NCBI RefSeq assembly: GCF_001194135.2
Contig: NC_068994.1
Span: 14,516,279-14,549,339, forward strand
Origin: Octopus bimaculoides
Taxonomy: Eukaryota
Reading direction: 5' to 3'
DNA: 33,061 nt
Shown here: positions 1-12,600 of the stretch, one piece after another
How positions within the stretch are numbered: the stretch's first letter is position 1
Layout of the letters: every line of letters begins with the position of its first letter
Notes under the pieces: model-generated
The model's database searches: none
Told to the model about the DNA's origin: nothing
Seen by the model: the letters and a program-made list of their open reading frames with translations, nothing else
Translations under genes and position numbers: made by a program

Positions 1-779
1 TAAATACGACAGTCGAGTTGGCGAAGGGAGTTGGTATCAGGCAGTTGGCATCAAGCGGTTGGTGGACGGCAGTTGGATGAAGAACGCAAGCCGGTGTGAA
101 GGCTAGCAGCCAACCAAGATGAACAGAGAGTCTGACAGACAGAGGTTGAGAAAGTACCAGTCAACCGATAGGGACTGAAGCAATGAGAGAGAGGGACACA
201 GAGAGAGAGGGACAGAGAGAGAGGGGGACAGAGAGAGATGGAACTGTGTGGCAGGCAAGAGATCGTAGTAGTCAGTTGGTCAGTTCTTGGATTGTAGTAG
301 GAGCTTCGAAGAAAAGAAAATTCTTGCGGTAAAGGTTTGTGTAAATATTCTTCAACGAAAAGTGTACTTGTCGTTACATGTTGATGTAAAAAGAAAAAGA
401 GATTTCGTTAACTGTGATGTTGACGGGTGGAAAAGAAAAGAAAGAACTTTGTGACATGTTGTTAATGGAAAAGAAAAACAACGAAGTGAAAGAACTTTTA
501 ATTCGACTTGAGATATGAACTCTTGATTGTAAACTTTTGCTTATGTAATGTTCTGAAACCTTTATAAAATGCTATTGAACTTATTGTTACGCAATGCTCT
601 GTTTTGTATTGATGATGTTTTGATGATGTATTGTTTGCTAAGAAGAAAAAGTTAGTTCCAATACGCAACGTATGGTCTCCGTGTTATTTCTTCCTCCTTT
701 TGCCTGTTGTCTTCGTTACGTGCTCCGGCCTGGGCTTAGTCGTGGCGGACATCCCGACTCACTGAGCGTCGACGTTTCA
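1..779 (+). mobile_element. CpG-rich, LTR-like segment (left end outside window)
   Basis: Starts TAAATA; repeated CAGTTGG motifs, GA-rich tract, ends ..GTCGACGTTTCA; CpG far denser than the flanks; no ORF. Confidence 0.3.
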
Positions 780-1083
780 TCTACTCCGCGTTTCGAAAGT
801 ATATATATGTATGTATGTATATGTATATATACATTCTATTGACCGAATTAGAAGATTGTTAATCTGCAACACGACATTCTCAACGTCTTCATCTTCGTTG
901 CATTTTAACGCTCCATTATTTTTTTACATAACGTATAGGTATCTTCATGGTGTCCTTACGCATCATACAACGCATTACATCATCAATATAACACGTCATT
1001 ATAACGTATCACGTTATTTACGTGTCCTTAACGTCATATAAAATATTACGTTATGTATCTCTTTTTAGTATGTAATGCGTTAA

Positions 1084-1258
1084 GGCAGCGAGCCGGCAGA
1101 ATCGTTAGCACACCGGGCAAAATGCTCAGCGATGTTTCGCCCGTCTCTACGTTTTGAGTTCAAATTCCGCCGAGGTCGACTTTGCCTTTCATCCTTTTGG
1201 GGTCGATAAAATAAGTACCAGTTGAACACTGGGGTCGATGCAATCGACTCATCCCCTC
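1084..1258 (+). mobile_element. tRNA-derived SINE family C
   Basis: GGCAGCGAGCCGGCAGAATCGTTAGC head, GAGTTCAAATTCC box, CCTTTCATCCTTT-GGGGTCGATAAA body; many copies in the window. Confidence 0.85.
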
Positions 1259-1600
1259 ACCTGCTGAGAACACACTCGTATTTTTCCTGTTCACAGGTCC
1301 CATGTTGACAGGTATGAGTAAGTAAATCTATATAAAAAGTACACAGCCTTGTAGGACGGTGATATGAAGATGAGCAATGATCAGTGCATTGTGGGTAGCT
1401 GAACTTTGTAGGTGGTCGCAAGGATGTGTTTTTGCAATACAAGCAGAATCTTCAACTGTCGTCAACTCGTGTTATCACAGCTCAATCCATTATAAGTGTA
1501 ACATGGTTCACAACTGGGTGTACCATGATATACCAGATCACTGATTAATGGAATCAGTGATAAACGAGGCAATATATACTTATTGTTTTAGTTTGGTAGT

Positions 1601-1830
1601 CATTCTTTCGGTATCTTTTGCAAACCACTAAGTTACAGGGATGTAAACAAACCAACAATAGTTGTCAGGCAGTGGTAGGACAAATACAAACATACATATA
1701 TATGAAGAGTTTCCATACAGTTTCCGTCTACCAACTCCACATTGGTCTGCCCAGGGTTATAGAATGAAGGAAGACGTTTGCTGAAACCAAAACGATGTGG
1801 TCCCAAAGGGAGCTTCTTAACCACACAACC
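1601..1830 (-). mobile_element. SINE family B, internally deleted
   Basis: Homology to family B. Confidence 0.65.
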
Positions 1831-1839
1831 AGAAAAGGG

Positions 1840-2158
1840 TAAAGAACCCCTTCAGTTATGAATGGCCATGGGATTGCACCTAGAAAGTGACCCTCTGAGG
1901 TACAAGTCTGGGCAATGTTGTTTATGGAAGACCAGCAGTCGCCCAAGCATACCAGCCTCCTCTCTCAATGTTATTCAAGGGAAAGGCAAAAACCAATACA
2001 GCTTCGCATCAGTGATGTAACTCATTTCTACAACTGAGTGAACTGGAGCAATGTGAAATAAAGTGTCTTGCTCAAGAACACAGCATGGTACGAGGATTGA
2101 ACTCACTACCTCATGATTGTGAGCCTGACGCTCTAACCACTGAGTCATGCACCTTCAC
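1840..2158 (-). mobile_element. tRNA-derived CORE-type SINE (family G)
   Basis: Reverse strand GGTGCATGACTCAGTGGTTAGAGCG..GAGTTCAATCC, then GTGTTCTTGAGCAAGACACTTTATTTCACATTGCTCC (CORE-like). Confidence 0.7.
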
Positions 2159-2255
2159 ACACCCATAATAATACCATAAATAATGTTATTTTCGTACGAA
2201 TAAATTTGAATATACTCAAGTTTTGACCCAGTAACAATACAGTATAATATAATCT

Positions 2256-2457
2256 TTTCTACTCTAGGCACAAGGGACGAAATTTGGGGGGATCAAGTAG
2301 ATTGACCTCAGTACACAATTGGTACTTAATTTATCGACCCCGAAAGGATGAAAGGCAAAGTCGACCTCGGCGGAATTTGAACTCAGAACGTAACGGCAGA
2401 CGAAATACTGCTAAGCATTTTGCCCAGCGTGCTAACGTTTCTGCCAGCTCATCGCCT
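2256..2457 (-). mobile_element. SINE family C
   Basis: Reverse complement of 1084-1258 plus tail. Confidence 0.85.
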
Positions 2458-2708
2458 TATACAGTATAATAAAGCTGCCTTCGAACAACTGTGGTCAGAT
2501 AATTAAGAATCGATATCCTTTAGGTTCTTCTATTATAGTCTTCTTTTGGTTTAAGCTTTCTAAGTGAAACTAGGTTCACGAACTGTGCAGACACCATTAG
2601 ATGAACTGTAACTGTGCATAGATGGTTGGCTTAATCTGGTTTAACATCCACCACCCTTCTGTCTTCGCAAGGTGTCACTTAGTAAAATTCGATATGTTAC
2701 ATATATAT

Positions 2709-3092
2709 GGAGGCGCAATGGCCCGGTGGTTAGGGCAGCGGACTCGCGGTCATAGGATCGCGGTTTCGATTCCCAGACCGGGCGTTGTGAGTGTTTATTG
2801 AGCGAAAACACCTAAAGCTCCACGAGGCTCCGGCAGGGGGTGGTGGCGAGCCCTGCTGTACACTTTCACCATAACTTTCTCTCACTCTTACTTCCTGTTT
2901 CTGTTGTGCCTGTAATTCAAAGGGTCAGCCTTGTCACACTGTGTCACGCTGAATATCCCCGAGAACTACATTAAGGGTACACGTGTCTGTGGAGTGCTCA
3001 GTCACTTGCACGTTAATTTCACGAGCAGGCTGTTCCGTTGATCGAATCAACTGGAACCCTCGACGTCATAAGCGACGGAGTGCCAACAACAA
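2709..3092 (+). mobile_element. tRNA-derived SINE family A, full length, (AAC)n tail, inserted in (TA)n
   Basis: GGAGGCGCAATGGCCC-GTGGTTAGGG head, GTTTCGATTCCC B box; highly similar to four other copies in the window. Confidence 0.9.
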
Positions 3093-3165
3093 TATATATA
3101 GAGAAGGTTTCCCATCTGAAAATAACTAGATATCTTGATGTCCTATTTTTTACTGCAATCAGTAA

Positions 3166-3345
3166 GGTGCAGGTGTGGCAAGGGGTTTGCTTCCCGACCA
3201 CATGGTTCTGAGTTCAGATCCATTGTGTGGTACTTTGGGTGTCTTCTACTATAGCTTTCAGACCAAGCCTTGTGAATGGATTAGGTAAACGGAAACTGAA
3301 AGAAGTCCATCACACATGTGTGTATGTGCATGTCCCTGTGTCTCC
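3166..3345 (+). mobile_element. SINE family B head, degenerate
   Basis: Homology to family B. Confidence 0.7.
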
Positions 3346-3640
3346 TTGTCTTGTCAAGCCAAGTGAAATCGTAGTCATGGCCGATGCTGGTGTCACATAT
3401 GTGGCACCCATGCCGGTGGCACATAAAAAGCACCCTTCAAACATTGGGTCTCACAGAGGCAATGATAAGTGACCAAGAACATTGGCGATATGCCGTGCTT
3501 GAGAAGACCTGTCAAGCCAAGTGAAATTGTAGTCATGGCTGATGCTAGTGTCACATAATTGGCGACACATAAAAAACATCCGTTACACTATTAGAGTGGT
3601 TGGCACTAGGAGAGGTATCCAGTCATAGAAACCATGGCAA
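3345..3640 (+). mobile_element. RTE 3'-end fragment with internal tandem duplication
   Basis: Two copies of TGTCAAGCCAAGTGAAAT-GTAGTCATGGC-GATGCT (about 3352 and 3510). Confidence 0.75.
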
Positions 3641-3967
3641 CTTTGATGCTAAATAATGATAATGACGATACAAGCAGGGTTATTCCTTTCTAATATTCTG
3701 CAAAAATATGTCTATCAAGAGGGAAAATATTACCTTGTATGAAAATAGGTGATGGTTGGCAACAAGGATGGCATCTGGCAAATAGAAAGTTTACCTTAAA
3801 TAACTTTCATCCAACCCATGCAAGCATGAACATTAAACCAATTTCTGAAAGTTCTTTACGCATTTATTTTTTCTGAGACCAACTTCACATTTTGCTTCTT
3901 CTTCAAGACAGTTTTCAATAGCTGTGAATGCTGAAACAGTGCAGGCAGTGGAAAAAAAGTACTGGGA

Positions 3968-4390
3968 CAGGTCATCGTTGACTTACGACCAATCGACTTT
4001 ACAATGATTGGTGTGCCAGCTCCCGGCAGCAGTAATATATAGTCCAGTTGAAATCTAAAGGGTTTAATTTCTTATAAATTAATCTATCTACAGATGATGG
4101 CAACTAACAAATGCTTACCCTAGGTTTGGTTTTCTATTGCCACTGTGGTTATCTCAAGTGTTGGATGAATATTCCGTCACAGAGACATCAAGGCAACCAT
4201 GCATTTGTTTATTAGATGACTGCTTGAGACTCTGAACAAATAACACTGTTGTAGTATAATACAGAAAACTGTGTGTGACTTACCTAAGAATGTACCTTAA
4301 AAATGTGAAAATATGAAACAAAGCTATGTAGACCAAATCGACTTACGACAAGTCAGTCAGAACCAATTGTGGTAAGTCGACAACAACCTG
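3968..4390. mobile_element. Tc1/mariner (pogo/Tigger-like) MITE
   Basis: TIRs CAGGTCATCGTTGACTTACGAC and GTGGTAAGTCGACAACAACCTG; TA at the right end. Confidence 0.65.
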
Positions 4391-6694
4391 TATTAAGTAA
4401 GAAAGAAAAAAATGGCTTTCTTTTGAATGTCACTGATCAATGAAAATATATTGAAGATATGCAGGCAGGTCACTAATATTGCAGAAAGTCAATCAAAACG
4501 AGAACAATAATCAAGACAATGTAAAATAATAATTGATTGATTGTAAAAGTTTTATTTTTCCACAGAAGATTGCATATAGAGAAAGTCCAAGATATTTACC
4601 AAAAACATCTCCACAGAAAAACAAAAAACAAATGTAAATTAAAATGAAAGGGTTAACCTGGTGTGTTAGCAGCAAGAAGAAGAAGGAAAAGAAAGGGCAC
4701 AATTTTTACACTTTATTTTTCACTGTACTTTATAATGAAAGAATAAAAAGTGAAATGTGACCTCATTGTTCAAAACTTGATCAAGACAGAAATATTCTCA
4801 GCTAATCCCATATCACATAAACAGTTTGGTTTTGTTTANNNNNNNNNNNNNNNNNNNNNNNNNNNNNNNNNNNNNNNNNNNNNNNNNNNNNNNNNNNNNN
4901 NNNNNNNNNNNNNNNNNNNNNNNNNNNNNNNNNNNNNNNNNNNNNNNNNNNNNNNNNNNNNNNNNNNNNNNNNNNNNNNNNNNNNNNNNNNNNNNNNNNN
5001 NNNNNNNNNNNNNNNNNNNNNNNNNNNNNNNNNNNNNNNNNNNNNNNNNNNNNNNNNNNNNNNNNNNNNNNNNNNNNNNNNNNNNNNNNNNNNNNNNNNN
5101 NNNNNNNNNNNNNNNNNNNNNNNNNNNNNNNNTTTTTCTTGGTATGTCTAAAATTAAGCATTCAGCTCTGATTTTAGTAAGGATACATGCTCGCCCAATA
5201 TAACAAATAAATAAAGACACACATATACACGGAATTAAAGTTAGATTTATCAACAACCAACAGCAATAATTCATAATTTAATATCATACAAGACAAAAAC
5301 AAAATAAAAGTGTTAAAACACTAAAACAAAAAAAACAAAAAAAATGTAGAGGTTTCAGAAAAATTGTTATGTTATGGTTTTAGTGGTATGATATAGATAA
5401 GAACTATCATTTAGTGTCCACATTCCATGCTGGCATGGGTTGGACAATTTGACAGGATCCAACGAATAAAAAGCGGAAAACTTTATAGTTGCTTTCAACA
5501 TGACATATCTATACGAAGACCTGCTCCCTATTTACATGAATAGATTTGTGTAGGGGACAGAGAGATGGGGGAGGGCATGTTTCCTTGTGTTTGTCATATT
5601 TAAGCTGAAATAGGCTGGATAATGAAATAAATTTTAAAAGCCTGTTGCTACTTCAAATATTAGAACCAAAAACCAACTCTTAAACTTATTTTGAGTATTA
5701 TAAACGCTGATGCTACAACCACTTGAATATAGAGGTGGTAAAAAAAAAAAGAAAAATAGGAGTAAAAAAGGGGGGAAATATAAACAAACAGAACCTCTGA
5801 AAAGTTATAATTGGGATCTTGTTAAATTTGTTCCAACTAGTTCAAATTTTCTCCAGAATTTTATCAAATTTATTATGCTGATGATGTAACTTTATTTTTA
5901 ATAACTAGAAAAAAAAAAGGCGATTGTAGTCATCAATATGACAAACTACATTTTTTTCTTTTAAATAATGTTGAAAATTTGAAATATTTTAAACTGGTTG
6001 GAGAAAAGTTAACAAGACCCTGTTGTTAGCGAAAAGTTCCAGAGGTTATTTAGCGAAATTCAAAGCATAATAGAATATAAGAAATAAAAGTTTGTTTGAT
6101 TTGTCAAAGACATCCATTGGTCCTCTATTCCACTTTGCTCAAGCTGCATAGTCCAAGAAAGGCCACAATGTTTGCTTAAGTACTCAGTTACAACCAGAAG
6201 TTCTTATTCACAATGTGAAGTCCATCAATACTAAGGAACTATTGGATGGAGGGATTTACCAAGATACCTGCCATTCCCTGTTACACTGGGAAACTCAGGG
6301 CATGCATATTATTAGTCTTACACCATGATATCCTATCTATAGAATATAGGTAGGAGCCCATATTCTCGATTAATAAGTTGGTCCTAGATGGAATACAAAG
6401 ACATCATTTAATGTCCACTTTCCATGCTAGCATGGGTTGGATGGTTTAACTGAAACCAGTGAGCTACAAGGCCATGTTGGGCTCCAATGTCATCTTTGGC
6501 ATTGTTTCTGTGACTAGATGTCCTTTCAAGTGGCATTGGAAAATAAAAGTTAAGAAAGATTCTGCCTCAAGCTAGGCTAAAATGGTAAAATAACTGCAAA
6601 AATACAATCAAAAGGATATTATAATTTTCAATCTATCAATGACATGATTCGACTGTGTGATAGTCTTTAAATAAGATAATTGTATCAGTTCTTT

Positions 6695-7075
6695 TATGGT
6701 TACTTTCATCAGTTAGACTGATTGTCGCTGAGCTGGGCATCACTTTGAAGGATATAGTTGATCACACTGATCCTAATTTTTTTTCAGTCCCTTTTGCCAA
6801 ATAGCTAAGTTACACAGGGGGGTGGGATATGAAAACAAACACTGGTAAGTAATATGACAAACATGAAGACAGGCACTTGCATGCATACACACAAACACGA
6901 CAGGCTTCTTTGCAGTTTCCATTGACCAAATTCACTCACAAGTCATTGGTCAGCCGAGGAGGTTGGGAGGAAGCTATGATAGAAGATATTTGCTCAAGGT
7001 GTCATGCAGTGTGATTGAACCTGAAACCATGTGGTTGTGAAGTGAACATCTTAACCACACAGCCATGTTTGCACC
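6695..7075 (-). mobile_element. SINE family B, old and degenerate
   Basis: Partial homology to family B head and tail. Confidence 0.7.
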
Positions 7076-7518
7076 TAAGACTTCCAAAAGTAGCTGGTTT
7101 AATGAAGCATTTAATAAACATGGATATTTTTTTAGAAGTGTGCAAGCTGAACTTCAGATGATAAAATAAAATTAAATAAGAAAACCAAGAGCAAACCTGG
7201 TTCTCATTTAACAAACAGTAAAAGGTGTGTTTTGAAGGCAATTCAGTTTCTACATTGAACAAGTTCAATTCACTTCTTCTGAAATAAGTCTATTCATGAA
7301 TTGATCTTCGAGGCAGATGTGTATGAGATATTTTATGAATAGATCTTTCTAAACCCTTTCATTNNNNNNNNNNNNNNNNNNNNNNNNNNNNNNNNNNNNN
7401 NNNNNNNNNNNNNNNNNNNNNNNNNNNNNNNNNNNNNNNNNNNNNNNNNNNNNNNNNNNNNNNNNNNNNNNNNNNNNNNNNNNNNNNNNNNNNNNNNNNN
7501 NNNNNNNNNNNNNNNNNN

Positions 7519-7551
<33 letters not shown>

Positions 7552-7712
7552 TGACAGGCTACTTTAAGTTTCCATCTACCAAATCCACTAACAAGGCTTT
7601 GGTCAGCCTGAAGATATAATAGAAGACACTTGCCTATGGTGTCATACAGTGGGACTGAACCCAGAACCATGTGGTTGGGAAGCAAGCTTCTTACCACACA
7701 GCCATACCTATG
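7519..7712 (-). mobile_element. SINE family B head, following gap and (TA)n
   Basis: Homology to family B. Confidence 0.8.
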
Positions 7713-7974
7713 CCTAGTTTTTTTTATTCCTTTCATTGAGGAGTACATGTAGGTCATATCAGGGTACAAAACTGCTTACAGACCTCTTAGCTTGAAAAAG
7801 AAAAAATTATTTATCTAAAGCACAGCTATTATAAATCACCTAAAATACCAATAGCAATACATCATCCTCATCATCATCATTTTCTGTTTGCTTTTCCATG
7901 CTCTTCTCCAGAACCACTTCATGCCAGTTGCAGTCTCTTGTCATATCTTTCACAAAGTTCAGTAACCCGAGATT

Positions 7975-8780
7975 AACCATCACCACCACAACCTGGTCCT
8001 TGGGTTGTTACTTAATAGAGTCAGTTCTGTCGCAAGCATTTTGGGACAAGTTTCCAGTCTGAGGACAGTTCCTCCCACCACCAACAAAAGTTTAACAACA
8101 AAGCTCATTAGGGTCTTTTTATCCCTTTATCCCACTTAAAATAGTCTTGATTTGCAAGAGACAAATGTCTTTGGTGTGAGTCTTCTCTTTACATTCTAGC
8201 ATAAACAACAAAGTACACACATGGAAGCAGTAATAGAATTGTTTAAAATTGTGGCAGAAGGTCAGCAGATTTTCTAAGGGAGGGAGTTAATTGATTACAC
8301 CAACGTCCCAGTACTTGACCGGTACTCTATTTCATCAACCCTGAAAGAATGAAAGGCAAAGTTCACCTTGGTGGGATTTGAGCACAGAATGTTTTAAAGG
8401 GTTAGAAGAAATGCTATCAAGCATTTTGCCTGATGCAATGATGATTTTGCCAGCTCACCACCTTATAGCAATAGTATAAAGGCAGCAGACATGGTTATAA
8501 CTCTTCATAACTCTGTGGTTATGGGTTCAATTCCACCTCACAGCCCCTTGGGGTCAACCAAGGCCTCATAAGGGAAATTTAGAAGACGGAAACTGTGAGG
8601 TAGACCATGAAAAGGATCATCCTTGTTCTTCAGTTGTTGACCAAATCTGTAACAGTGTTTTACACCACTTCCATCACCACCACCACCACAACAACCACCT
8701 GGTCTTTGAGTTGTTTAATAGAATCAGTTCTGTTGCAAGCATTTGGGATAAGATTCTAGTCTGGGGACAGTCCTCCTGAC
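7975..8780. repeat. Two diverged copies of a roughly 100-bp repeat tail with (CAC)n (about 7975-8075 and 8680-8780)
   Basis: CACCACCAC..CCTGGTC-TTG-GTTGTT..TCAGTTCTGT-GCAAGCATTT..GGACAGT-CCTCC occurs twice. Confidence 0.7.
8270..8463 (-). mobile_element. SINE family C, degenerate
   Basis: Homology to family C. Confidence 0.75.
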
Positions 8781-9156
8781 AGTCTTAGGGACATTAGAAA
8801 GGGGCCATGGCTGCTATGCTTCCTCCTTGAAGCTAATACGTTAGAACAAAAAGACTTTTAAACTAGGTTTTGAAAAAATGTTCAACTTTCATGTCCTAAA
8901 TGGAATTTAAAAATCAGAAAATAAAAACACACCAGTAATGATAATTAAAAAGTTTAGATTTAAAGGGTTGCTGTATGAAGTATGGGATACAAGAAGGGGT
9001 GATTTTTTTTTTTAACTTACAGAGAACTTGAAATGGCCATGGAGGTAATATAAAACTGTGAAAAGCTAACAATTTTATAAAAAAATCATTTTTGAAAAGT
9101 TAATTGAAATAGGAAAAAAAAAATAACAACACATTTGCTTACACACATTGAAATAT

Positions 9157-9552
9157 TACTCTTTTACACGTTTCAGTCATTTGACTGCGGCCATGCTGGA
9201 GCACTGCCTTAAAGGGTTTTAGTCGAAGAAATCAACCCCAGGACTTATTCTTTGTAAGCCTAGTACTTATTCTATCGGTATCTTTTTGCCGAACCGCTAA
9301 GTTACGGGGGACAGAAACACACCACCAATTGGTTGTCAAGCAAAGGTGGGAGGGGGACACGCAAACACAGACACACACACATAAATATATATGGGCTTCT
9401 TTCAGTTTCCATCAACCAAATCCACTCAATAGTCTTTGGTTGGCCTAGAACTATAGTAGAAGACACTTGTCCAAGGTGCCATGCAGTGGGACTGAACCCA
9501 GAACCATGTGGTTGGGAAGTAAGCTTCTTATCACACAGCCATGCCTGCGCCT
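9157..9552 (-). mobile_element. SINE family B, full length
   Basis: Reverse complement of 19347-19786. Confidence 0.88.
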
Positions 9553-9710
9553 ATTGTACATTTTTACATAAAAAAGAAAAAAAGCACATAAACATACACA
9601 TGGCTATGTATGTTAGTCGCAGATACAACATGATGTGCAGCAAAATATATACAAAGTCAAATACAGGACTGATAAACCCAATAAATGAGAAAGGAGGGGG
9701 GAAGAAGACA

Positions 9711-9714
<4 letters not shown>

Positions 9715-9773
<59 letters not shown>
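9715..9773 (+). repeat. (GA)n microsatellite running into gap
   Basis: Direct. Confidence 0.98.
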
Positions 9774-10219
9774 NNNNNNNNNNNNNNNNNNNNNNNNNNN
9801 NNNNNNNNNNNNNNNNNNNNNNNNNNNNNNNNNNNNNNNNNNNNNNNNNNNNNNNNNNNNNNNNNNNNNNNNNNNNNNNNNNNNNNNNNNNNNNNNNNNN
9901 NNNNNNNNNNNNNNNNNNNNNNNNNNNNNNNNNNNNNNNNNNNNNNNNNNNNNNNNNNNNNNNNNNNNNNNNNNNNNNNNNNNNNNNNNNNNNNNNNNNN
10001 NNNNNNNNNNNNNNNNNNNNNNNNNNNNNNNNNNNNNNNNNNNNNNNNNNNNNNNNNNNNNNNNNNNNNNNNNNNNNNNNNNNNNNNNNNNNNNNNNNNN
10101 NNNNNNNNNNNNNNNNNNNNNNNNNNNNNNNNNNNNNNNNNNNNNNNNNNNNNNNNNNNNNNNNNNNNNNNNNNNNNNNNNNNNNNNNNNNNNNNNNNNN
10201 NNNNNNNNNNNNNNNNNNN

Positions 10220-10526
10220 AACGTGCAAGTGGCTGAGCACTCCACAGACACGTGTACCCTTAACGTAGTTCTCGGGGATATTCAGCGTGACACAAAGTAT
10301 GACAAGGCTGACCCTTTGAATTACAGGCACAACAGAAACAGGAAGTAAGAGTGAGAGAAAGTTGTGGTGAAAGAGTACAGCAGGGTTCGCCACCATCCCC
10401 TCCTGGAGCCACATGGAGCTTTAGGTGTTTTCACTCAAACACTCACAATGCGCGGTCTGGGAATCAAAACCGCAATCCTATGACCGCAAGTCCGCTGCCC
10501 TAACCATTGGGCCATTGCGCCTCCAC
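10220..10526 (-). mobile_element. SINE family A, 3' end lost in gap
   Basis: Reverse complement of 2709-3030. Confidence 0.9.
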
Positions 10527-10622
10527 GATACTATCTGTATGTTGCAACATTTTGAAGCTTATAGAAGCATCACCGAGACAAAAGAAAACTACAAGTTACG
10601 TTGTTTCTCCAGCCTTCTAATG

Positions 10623-10949
10623 CAGTGGTTCTCAACCAGGGTACATATGGCCCCCAAGGGTCCATGCAACAAAATAATTGGGGATCCACAATAGTATTTT
10701 AAGGGCCCCTGAAAAATATTTTTTTTTAGATGTGTGTACCGGTATGTATTGCAAGAACCAGCTAGGTTTCTCTAACATTTGACACAGTTCAACTTACTAC
10801 ACAAGTTAATGTGTGAGAAACAAAATAGGAATTTTGAAAGAAGTTTCTATAAAACTAGTTTTTAAACATTGACTGGCTATCGAGGTCCATCAGAATGAAA
10901 TAGCAATCAAAGGGATCAATAGATAAAAAGAAATGATTGAGAATCCACA
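10623..10949. mobile_element. hAT/Charlie-like MITE
   Basis: Left TIR CAGTGGTTCTCAACC, degenerate right TIR TGATTGAGAATCCACA, 8-bp TSD TTCTAATG/ATCTAATG. Confidence 0.8.
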
Positions 10950-10999
10950 ATCTAATGATTCTGCCAATCCACCTCATTAATAACAACCTCTTCTAAACT

Positions 11000-11300
11000 A
11001 TAGGACAAGGCCCGAAATGTTTGTTGGGAGGGACTTTGACTCCAGTGCTCAACTGGTAACTTATTTCATCAACACTGAAAGATGAAAAGCAAGGTCTATC
11101 TCAATGGAATTTAACTCAGAACAAAAGGCCACAAGAAATGCCATTAAGCATTTCATCTGATGTGCTAAGAATTCTGCCATCTCACTACCTTAATAATAAT
11201 AATAATAATGATTTCTAACATAGGTACATGACCTCTCATTTTGGGCACACAGAACAGTTGATTATATTGACACCAGTAATTTGACTGGTACTTAATTTAT
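11000..11300 (-). mobile_element. SINE family C, one copy plus one fragment
   Basis: Homology to family C. Confidence 0.7.
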
Positions 11301-11595
11301 CTTAGCTTAGCTCTAATCATGAGCCCCAGGACTCAGAGCTTCACCCAGTTTCCACAGTGTGTAAGTGACTGAGATTACAGTCTCTCCCCCACCCCGGCCC
11401 TGAATTGAACACTGGTCAGTTGCAGGGTTAATTTCTTAATTATGGCCAGAGCTCATTTACAGCTGGGTATGCAGATACTTTGAAAGTACTTCGGTGAGTG
11501 ATAACCAGGTTCTGCATAGCAATGGGATGCCCCTTTCACAATGGATACAGCAAAGTGAATGGGATTACAGCATAACAGATTGTGAAGAGGCAGCT

Positions 11596-11862
11596 AAGAG
11601 CTCAGCTGAGCCAATGGTGCTTCTTACTTATACTGATGCTAAGTGGAGGAATCTTAGAAGATCAATGGTCAGGATTACCAAGCTCTATCAAGAATACCAG
11701 TTCTGCCACCCTGCCAGGGATATGGTAAAGTCATGGGGACTGCAACATAGTGGATTGTTAAGGGGTAGTGGAAGAGCTCAACTGAGCCAATGGTGTTTCT
11801 TACACTGATGCTGAGAAGAGGGATCCTAGGAGATCAACAACCAGGATCACCAAGCTCTATCA
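11596..11862 (+). repeat. Diverged direct repeat, about 95 bp x2 (11596-11690, 11772-11862)
   Basis: AAGAGCTCA-CTGAGCCAATGGTG..ACTGATGCT..AGATCAA..CCAAGCTCTATCA occurs twice. Confidence 0.85.
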
Positions 11863-12129
11863 GAGTAACTGCAATGCATCCATGGTTGTGTAATCATCTA
11901 ATGAAAGATTCATTATGGCTGAAGCTTCCAATTCAAATATAAATAAAATTGGATGGTGGCAGACAGTCAATGGAATCCGTATAAACAGTACAACCAGATG
12001 ATGATTTACAGCTGAGTGGACAGAAGCAACATAAAACAAAGTGTTTTACTCAAAAAACACAATGCACCCATGACCTTACAATTGTCAATGCAACACCCTA
12101 ACCACTAGGCCACATGCCCCCCACCAAAA

Positions 12130-12600
12130 GGATAAAAGGTAAAGTTTGAATAATTGTTTGCCATAATTTCAAGACTTCAAAAGTTAAGTGGGGAGGGGCA
12201 GAAATAGCAATTGATAAGATCAATCCTAGTAACTTGACTGGTTTAAATATCTATCTTGGATTGATGAAAAGTAAAGTTGACCATAACAAGATTTTAAATA
12301 ATAATAATCATCCCTGAAATTTTAGGGTGAAGGGAGTTAGTCGATTACATCAACTTGACTGGGGAAGGTGGGATCCAATAAAAGGCAAAATAAACCTTGG
12401 CAGAATTTGAACTCAGAAAACAAAGACGAAATGCTACTAAGCATTTTGTCTGACATGCTAATGGTTCTGCCAGCTCACAACCTAATTTAGGGGACAAAGC
12501 CAGTAATTTCCAGGGATTAGGTTTAGCCGATATCATTGGCTCCGCCTTCAAGTACTTGACTGGTACTTTATTTTATTTGCCCCGGGGGGAATGAATGAAA
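12130..12600 (-). mobile_element. Cluster of three degenerate family C fragments
   Basis: Homology to family C at about 12130-12290, 12320-12480 and 12490-12600. Confidence 0.65.

Noticed and set aside
788-810. TTTCGAAACGC next to (TA)n shared with about 22924
   Set aside because: An 11-mer match is expected by chance, and no further similarity follows.
4118-4232. Acceptor/donor pair on minus (TTGTTCAG..AGG|GTAAGC)
   Set aside because: Stops in all three frames, and it lies inside a MITE.
11494-11808. 104-aa ORF as a gene
   Set aside because: No recognisable homology or splice context, and it overlaps a repeat.
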